From positions 1 through 63,069 of the forward strand of contig JAZNIV010000001.1 in NCBI GenBank assembly GCA_045577675.1: a DNA stretch of 63,069 nt. The letters are read 5' to 3'. Below, piece by piece: positions 58,289-63,069 of this stretch. The DNA comes from Clostridia bacterium (GTDB taxonomy: Bacteria > Bacillota > Clostridia > UBA1381). The translations under genes and the position numbers were made by a program. The stretch's first letter is position 1, and every line of letters begins with the position of its first letter. The notes beneath the pieces were generated by a model. It did no database searches. It saw nothing but the letters and a program-made list of their open reading frames with translations, and was not told the DNA's origin.

Positions 58289-59757
58289 AGTCTGTGAAAG
58301 AATTTCTGTAAATAGTAGAAAAGCAAGGTCTTCTATGATAAAATAAAAATCATAGGAGGCCTTAAATTATGGCAAAAGAGAAGAAAACAGTACACAAAGT
58401 ACAAATGACCGAAGGGAAAAGAAACATTATCCGTCAGTTGATTGAGGAGTATGATATCGAAACAGCTACAGATATCCAAGATGCTCTCAAAGACCTTTTA
58501 GGCGGAACTATCAAGGAAATGATGGAAGCAGAAATGGATAATCACCTTGGCTATGAGAAATCAGAACGCTCCGACAGTGATGATTATCGTAATGGGTACA
58601 AATCAAAACGAATTAACAGTTCTTATGGTAATATGGATATTCAAGTGCCACAAGACCGAAAATCAACCTTTGAACCTCAAATAGTGAAAAAACGTCAGAA
58701 AGACATCTCCGACATTGACCAGAAGATAATATCTATGTATGCCAAAGGCATGACAACCAGACAGATAGCAGATATTATAGACGATATATATGGCTTTGAA
58801 CCATCTGAAGGTTTTATCTCTGATGTAACAGATAAGATACTTCCACAGATAGAAGACTGGCAAAACAGACCACTCGACGAAGTTTATCCAATCGTCTATA
58901 TAGATGCAATACACTATTCTGTTCGTGATGAAGGTGTTATCCGCAAGCTTGCTGCTTATGTAATTCTTGGTATTAATACAAGCGGTATGAAGGAAGTATT
59001 GACTATTAATGTCGGTGACAATGAAAGCTCTAAATACTGGCTTTCTATCCTTAACGAATTGAAAAACAGAGGAGTCAAAGATATCCTTGTTCTCTGCGCT
59101 GACGGACTTACCGGTATAAAAGAAGCAATCGGTGCAGCATTCCCTAAAACAGAATATCAACGCTGTATAGTGCATCAAGTCAGAAACACTCTTAAATATG
59201 TGCCGGACAAAGACAGAAAAGCCTTTGCAACTGATTTGAAAACAATATACCAAGCTACAGATGAGAGAAAGGCATTGGAAGCCTTAGAGAGAGTTACAGC
59301 GAAATGGACACCGAAATATCCCAACACTATGAAACGTTGGAAGGATAACTGGGATTCCATTTCACCAATATTCAAATTCTCAACCACCGTCAGGAAGGTA
59401 ATTTACACAACAAATGCTATTGAAAGCCTGAATGCCACATACCGCAAGTTGAACCGCCAAAGAAGCGTATTCCCGAGCGACACGGCTCTTTTGAAGGCTC
59501 TATATCTTTCAACTTTTGAAGCAACGAAAAAATGGACTGTAACCATCCGAAACTGGGGGCAGGTTTACGATGAACTAAGCATCATGTATGAAGGCAGATT
59601 GCCTGAATAATTAAAAAAACACGTCAAAAGGTGGTATGGATTTTACACTTCCTCTTGACGTGCCTAAAATTTCGTGGTATACATAAATATAGTCGATAGA
59701 TTATTTTGCGGCTTAATTAATCAAGTAATTATCATAGAAGATCTGTATTTACAGACT
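58289..59757 (+). mobile_element. IS256-family insertion sequence
   Basis: Imperfect terminal inverted repeats: left AGTCTGT..TCTGTAAATA..TCTTCTATGATAA, right (reverse complement) AGTCTGTAAATACAGATCTTCTATGATAA. They enclose a single Mutator-type transposase gene. Confidence 0.8.
58369..59610 (+). CDS. IS256-family (Mutator-type) transposase
   Basis: 413-aa ORF with a GGAGG RBS. CADGLTGIKEAIGAAFPKTEYQRCIVHQVRN is the family signature. Confidence 0.95.
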   Translation: MAKEKKTVHKVQMTEGKRNIIRQLIEEYDIETATDIQDALKDLLGGTIKEMMEAEMDNHLGYEKSERSDSDDYRNGYKSKRINSSYGNMDIQVPQDRKSTFEPQIVKKRQKDISDIDQKIISMYAKGMTTRQIADIIDDIYGFEPSEGFISDVTDKILPQIEDWQNRPLDEVYPIVYIDAIHYSVRDEGVIRKLAAYVILGINTSGMKEVLTINVGDNESSKYWLSILNELKNRGVKDILVLCADGLTGIKEAIGAAFPKTEYQRCIVHQVRNTLKYVPDKDRKAFATDLKTIYQATDERKALEALERVTAKWTPKYPNTMKRWKDNWDSISPIFKFSTTVRKVIYTTNAIESLNATYRKLNRQRSVFPSDTALLKALYLSTFEATKKWTVTIRNWGQVYDELSIMYEGRLPE

Positions 59758-60282
59758 TTATTTCATACTCTCGGTAATAGCAATAGAACTGTGGGCTAGT
59801 AGGGTTGAAATTAAGGCTATGTCATTTCCTGATATATGGTAGATTTCTGTGGCATACATTTTTCTAAAAGAATGTGTACCAACTCTTTCAAGACCTAAAT
59901 AGTCACAAACTCTTTTCAGGTGCTTTGATACACCTCTACTGCTGATATTAAACAATTTACTATCTGGTTTTATGCCATTTTCTAATGCATAGGTTTGCAT
60001 ATATGTATATATTTCTGGTGATATGGTAAATGTTCTTACTTTCTTTGTTTTCTGCTCTCTGAAATTATTAAAATGGTATCTGTTACCATCTTTGACAAAA
60101 TCACAAAGCCTTATAGAAAGGGTGTCATTTATTCTTAAACCTGTATTTGCTTGGACTACAAAAACACTTGCTATCTGCTTATTGGGATAGCATTTCCCTT
60201 TTTCATCCTCAAACCCAAAAGTTATTGTTTCTATGATTTTTTCATATTCAGATTTTTCTAATGGTCTGCATTTTTTATTCAT
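59758..60282 (-). pseudogene. Tyrosine recombinase/integrase catalytic-domain fragment that ends before the catalytic Tyr
   Basis: 174-aa ORF. TGLRINDTL (Arg), HSFRKMYAT (HxxR) and LLAHSSIAIT (His), then ...ESMK-stop. The stop codon directly abuts the IS right end at 59757. Confidence 0.65.
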
Positions 60283-60377
60283 AAAATCTATTCCTCCTAA
60301 CTAACTATTTTTCACTATTTTGTTCCTAAAAAATTAAGGGATAGTTCCTTTAATTTGTATATTTTAAGGGTATGTAT

Positions 60378-60405
60378 GAAAAACCCTTATATTTAGGGGT
60401 TTTTC
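60378..60405 (-). terminator. Intrinsic terminator after the 136-aa gene
   Basis: GAAAAACCC / GGGTTTTTC stem with a 10-nt loop and T-runs on both sides. Confidence 0.6.
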
Positions 60406-60442
60406 ATTTCCTAAAATATATCTTTTAGGAACTTTTATCTGA

Positions 60443-60853
60443 TTAAATATTATAACTGTCTAACATACTGCCTTTATCAAGAACATAAGTACAATCTAAT
60501 TCTTCAACCTTTTTCATTGTTATTGTCTTATCTTTTAATACCAAAGAATGATAGTTATGTATGCAAGTTTGAATACTGCCACCTTGTTCTGAATATACCA
60601 ACTGTTTTTTATCCCTATCAAACACCAGAAAAATGTTATCTGTAACCATATAATCTTCAGTATCTTCTTCATAAGTCATAAGGTCTGCATAGTGTATGTT
60701 TATATTGAGTTCTGGTAAATGATAAAAACTTGTAGGGCAATATATCTGATACTCATTTTCACTTTCTTCAATTACTTTACCACCCATAATATCACCAATT
60801 ATTTCTACTACTTCTCCAAGTTCATTATAAAGTTCTCTAACCTTGAATGCCAT
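60443..60853 (-). CDS. Hypothetical protein
   Basis: 136-aa ORF that overlaps the upstream gene by 17 nt. No motif recognised. Confidence 0.55.
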   Translation of the reverse strand: MAFKVRELYNELGEVVEIIGDIMGGKVIEESENEYQIYCPTSFYHLPELNINIHYADLMTYEEDTEDYMVTDNIFLVFDRDKKQLVYSEQGGSIQTCIHNYHSLVLKDKTITMKKVEELDCTYVLDKGSMLDSYNI

Positions 60854-61397
60854 AATCAGTACCCCCTTGTTTATTTATATATCTGTAAAGTGTAGTTTTG
60901 CTTATTCCTGAAATTGCTGTAATCTGTTCTACTGTCAGATTACCACTTTTATATAGTTCAATAGCCTTTTGTATATCTTTTTCTTTTGGTGGTCTGCCAA
61001 CCCTACCTTCTGCAACTGCTTTTTGATATGCAATCTGTTTTTTCTTTTCAAGCAAATGTTTATGTAGTTCCAGATATGCTTTCAGATTATTATAAAAATC
61101 TTCCCCAGAAAGAAAAGGCTCAATGCAACTGCATAATGAAATCTTTTTGTTTTTCAGCATTATAAATACCTTTATTAAATCTTCCATACTGTCAGCCAAA
61201 TCTTCAACTGACCTGACAACCAATCTGTCTTCTGGCTGAATAAGATTAAATAATTCATTCAGTTCTGTTCTTTCATTCCCATCCATATCAAAGAAAATAT
61301 TATTATCTTCTATTTCCATTTGTTCTATAAGGCTGAAAAGAGGTTGATTATTTCTCTTTTCTTCTCTATTGTTTTCTAAAACATAAGCCCATAACAT
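60837..61397 (-). CDS. Serine-recombinase (resolvase) homologue lacking the catalytic residues but retaining the C-terminal HTH; probably a DNA-binding regulator
   Basis: 186-aa ORF. WAYVLEN replaces YARVSTxxQ (Ser to Leu). VEDLAD replaces LDRLGR (both Arg lost). The C-terminus GRPPKEKDIQKAIELYKSGNLTVEQITAISGISKTTLYRYINK is a resolvase HTH_7-type motif. Confidence 0.65.
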   Translation of the reverse strand: MLWAYVLENNREEKRNNQPLFSLIEQMEIEDNNIFFDMDGNERTELNELFNLIQPEDRLVVRSVEDLADSMEDLIKVFIMLKNKKISLCSCIEPFLSGEDFYNNLKAYLELHKHLLEKKKQIAYQKAVAEGRVGRPPKEKDIQKAIELYKSGNLTVEQITAISGISKTTLYRYINKQGGTDYGIQG

Positions 61398-61667
61398 ATA
61401 ACCAACCCCTTTCCATAATCTATATAATTTTGAAACTGCTCAAAACCCTATAGGATAAATTAACTATTCAAAAGTGTCAGAAATAAGTGTTGAAAATAAT
61501 TCAACTTTTTTCCAACCCTATAATTTTTGGTAGTAAAAATAACTATAAAAGGTATGTTTAAAAATGAGTAAATTATAAAAATAAATTAAAAGTGTTGTCT
61601 ACAAATATTCCTATTATCTCTATAAGGTTTTGAAACAGTACCAAAATCTATAACATATTGGCAATCA

Positions 61668-61979
61668 TTATTTATAGGTGATTACTTCTATGTCATATAC
61701 TTTTTTTAACTTATCTACAAACAGTAGATATTCTTCTTCATTATCTGCTATATGTTTAGGTGAATAAATAAGTAAATACTGAAAATCTTTATATTCTTTT
61801 AATCTTTTCACTTCTCTTAAAATGTCCTTAACACCACCAAAGGTCACAATGCAATCTAATATTTTAATATTTGGATTTACACATTTTGTGGTAATCATTG
61901 AAACCTGATAAGCCAGAGATTTTATACTTTTCTTATCTGATTTGGTTTTAACAGCCATTACTGAATACTTCATTTCCAT
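61668..61979 (-). CDS. Hypothetical protein (faint resemblance to a degenerate resolvase catalytic domain)
   Basis: The track ORF extends to 62030. I prefer MEMKYSVMAV.. (ATG at 61979), right after the upstream stop at 61981. YLLIYSPKHIADNEEEYLLFVDKLKKVYDIEVI recalls the resolvase beta-alpha core. Confidence 0.45.
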   Translation of the reverse strand: MEMKYSVMAVKTKSDKKSIKSLAYQVSMITTKCVNPNIKILDCIVTFGGVKDILREVKRLKEYKDFQYLLIYSPKHIADNEEEYLLFVDKLKKVYDIEVITYK

Positions 61980-61980
61980 A

Positions 61981-62190
61981 TTATTCAACCCCTTCCATAT
62001 CTTCAAAGTCTGCAATATTATCACAGTCATTTGTGTACCATTTAAAATCTAACAATTCATCATATAATGTTAATTTCTGGTTTTTACTGTCAATCTCAAA
62101 ATAAATACTACTACTTTGATTTCTCATCTTCTCTAAAAACTCTACTGCATATTTGGGTATCCTGAAACTAATATTAACTTCTGTTCTCAC
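61981..62190 (-). CDS. Small protein, possibly a ribbon-helix-helix DNA-binding protein
   Basis: The track ORF extends to 62253. A GTG at 62190 is preceded by AAGAGGGGG at 8 nt. The N-terminus RTEVNISFRIPKYAVEFLEKM fits a strand-helix RHH start. Confidence 0.35.
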   Translation of the reverse strand: MRTEVNISFRIPKYAVEFLEKMRNQSSSIYFEIDSKNQKLTLYDELLDFKWYTNDCDNIADFEDMEGVE

Positions 62191-62508
62191 AACTATAACC
62201 CCCTCTTGCTTTGTGGGGTAAGTAACAGAGCCTTGCAGATTGTACCCTTTCAAACCTTGTCATAGACAGTTTAAGTAGCCAACCCTTCCCAGAATGATTA
62301 CTTACCCTCTTATAAGAATATATATCTATTTGTCCATAAAAGTTCTTTTATGTCTTGAAAAAGGTATTTATGTATGTTTTTCTTTTATATATGTTAAAAA
62401 TCACTTTTTGCCAAATAACCTTTTTGAAACATCACTATCAAAATTAAAATATTTTCCCCATAAAGCATTAAGAATATATTTTTAATATCTTCTTTTAAGA
62501 ATGGTTTT

Positions 62509-62533
62509 ATGAAGTAGGTATAACCTACTTCAT
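62509..62533. repeat. Perfect hairpin with an 11-bp stem and an ATA loop
   Basis: ATGAAGTAGGT-ATA-ACCTACTTCAT. Confidence 0.9.
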
Positions 62534-62545
62534 ATCTTAATTAAG

Positions 62546-62576
62546 GTATATATAGGTGCATAGCACCTATATATAC
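62546..62576. repeat. Perfect hairpin with a 14-bp stem and an ATA loop
   Basis: GTATATATAGGTGC-ATA-GCACCTATATATAC. Confidence 0.9.
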
Positions 62577-62644
62577 TACTAACTATATTACAAACCTTAA
62601 AATCACCCATAAACATTGAAATAACAAACTTTTATAAAAATCAG

Positions 62645-62682
62645 GGTGGGGTTTCCCCATTAAAAAGGTGGGAGTTCCCCAT
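62645..62682. repeat. Tandem direct repeat of a 16-nt unit containing a GGGG-N3-CCCC mini-palindrome
   Basis: GGTGGGGTTTCCCCAT (62645-62660) and GGTGGGAGTTCCCCAT (62667-62682), 22-nt period. Confidence 0.85.
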
Positions 62683-62736
62683 AATTTTTTACAATTAGTT
62701 GATATTACTGACTGTATCTATATTTTTTGAAAACAG

Positions 62737-62765
62737 TTGACTTAAGTTAGAATTAATTATATAAT
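62737..62765 (+). promoter_or_regulatory. Near-consensus sigma-A promoter
   Basis: TTGACT (62737-62742), 17-nt spacer, TATAAT (62760-62765). Confidence 0.6.
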
Positions 62766-62771
62766 ACTATC

Positions 62772-62880
62772 AAACAAGGTTCATTCTATGTCTTGGGGCA
62801 AACCCAGATATAATACAAAAGGCAAAATAAAATATCAAATGAGCCTTGTGAACGAAAGTTCACAAGGCTCATTTTCTTTT
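62772..62880 (+). ncRNA. Candidate small RNA of about 100 nt, or a leader with an attenuator
   Basis: Bounded by the consensus promoter and a strong intrinsic terminator. No credible RBS or ORF inside. Contains GGGGCAAACCC, which shares the GGGCAAA word with the downstream repeats. Confidence 0.45.
62839..62880 (+). terminator. Strong rho-independent terminator
   Basis: 15-bp stem ATGAGCCTTGTGAAC-GAAA-GTTCACAAGGCTCAT followed by TTTCTTTT. Confidence 0.85.
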
Positions 62881-62903
62881 ATGGAGTTGAAATAGGCTAA
62901 CCT

Positions 62904-63069
62904 TGTTGAGTATGTTGAATATGGCATAAAAAGGGCATTTGTTGGCATTTGTGCAGGGCAGATTAGGGCAAAATTGAGCCATATTGAGCCAATAAAAATG
63001 AATATTGAGCAAAGGGCAAATTATAAATCAGTTTGCCCCCAAAATTAAAAATGGCTTTGCCCTTTAACA
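62904..63069. repeat. Iteron-like cluster of short phased repeats, running off the window
   Basis: TGTTGA x2 (62904, 62913). GGCATTTGT x2, 10 bp apart (62934, 62944). GGGCA x3 direct (62956, 62966, 63014) and TTTGCCC x2 inverted (63032, 63056). ATTGAGC x3 (62973, 62983, 63004), the first two 10 bp apart. Confidence 0.7.

Noticed and set aside
58663-59253. 196-aa minus-strand ORF inside the IS.
   Set aside because: It is antisense to the well-supported IS256-family transposase and has no recognisable motif, so it is a shadow ORF.
62294-62485. 63-aa plus-strand ORF in the AT-rich spacer.
   Set aside because: It has no RBS and an Ile/Leu/Tyr/Lys-rich translation typical of random AT-rich sequence. 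The region more plausibly holds the promoter of the minus-strand operon.
62788-62895. 35-codon ORF (MSWGKPRYNTKGKIKYQMSLVNESSQGSFSFMELK) inside the candidate sRNA.
   Set aside because: It has a weak or absent Shine-Dalgarno and reads through the 15-bp terminator stem. I kept it only as an alternative to be excluded by conservation analysis.
1-63069. Search by eye for tRNA, rRNA, tmRNA, CRISPR arrays, riboswitch-like leaders, prophage structural genes and conjugation (T4SS) genes.
   Set aside because: I found nothing convincing. There are no regularly spaced direct repeats, no T-loop-like GGTTCGAATCC motifs in the intergenic regions, and no capsid, terminase, VirB4 or VirD4-like ORFs. This was an eye scan only, so a covariance-model scan would be needed for certainty.

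Overview
This window comes from a low-GC Firmicute that looks Clostridia-like, with gene content typical of a strict anaerobe. It falls into three parts.

(1) 1-46.6 kb is a chromosomal carbohydrate-utilisation region, almost entirely on the minus strand.
- It starts with a partial glutaminase-A-like hydrolase.
- A co-directional array of about 30 kb follows. It encodes four giant secreted or SLH-anchored proteins (two clan GH-A hydrolase paralogues and two LamG-rich proteins), an ABC sugar importer and two intracellular putative glycan-processing enzymes.
- Unusually, the array also contains a tightly overlapped Fe-S module: three QueG/RdhA-like paralogues, a cupin, a YgjV-like membrane protein, a radical-SAM/SPASM enzyme and a Cys-rich 343-aa protein. 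A divergent AraC regulator sits upstream.
- Next come a YesM/YesN-type two-component system with an extra kinase-less sensor paralogue, and a GH27 alpha-galactosidase.
- The part ends with an AraC-headed cluster: a short divergent glycyl-radical enzyme, its activase, three Gfo/Idh/MocA dehydrogenases and a xylose-isomerase-like TIM-barrel protein.

(2) 46.7-58.3 kb is a visibly GC-richer remnant of a mobile element.
- It carries ParB, a CHC2/Toprim primase, a Rad50/SbcC-like ATPase with a CPTC hook, a Rad52-like annealase and an N6-adenine methyltransferase.
- It also carries a ubiquitin-like conjugation kit: a minimal ThiF/E1, an E2-like protein and a JAMM peptidase.
- 7 of its 14 proteins end in Ala-Ala.

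(3) 58.3-63.1 kb starts with an IS256-family element wedged between two truncated genes.
- A very AT-rich plasmid/ICE-like fragment follows: a tyrosine-recombinase fragment, a catalytically dead serine-recombinase homologue and an RHH-like protein.
- Beyond it are a consensus promoter-terminator unit for a candidate sRNA of about 100 nt, twin hairpins, and iteron-like repeats that run off the window.

I saw no rRNA, tRNA or CRISPR array. All functional calls rest on motifs read by eye; no database search was possible.
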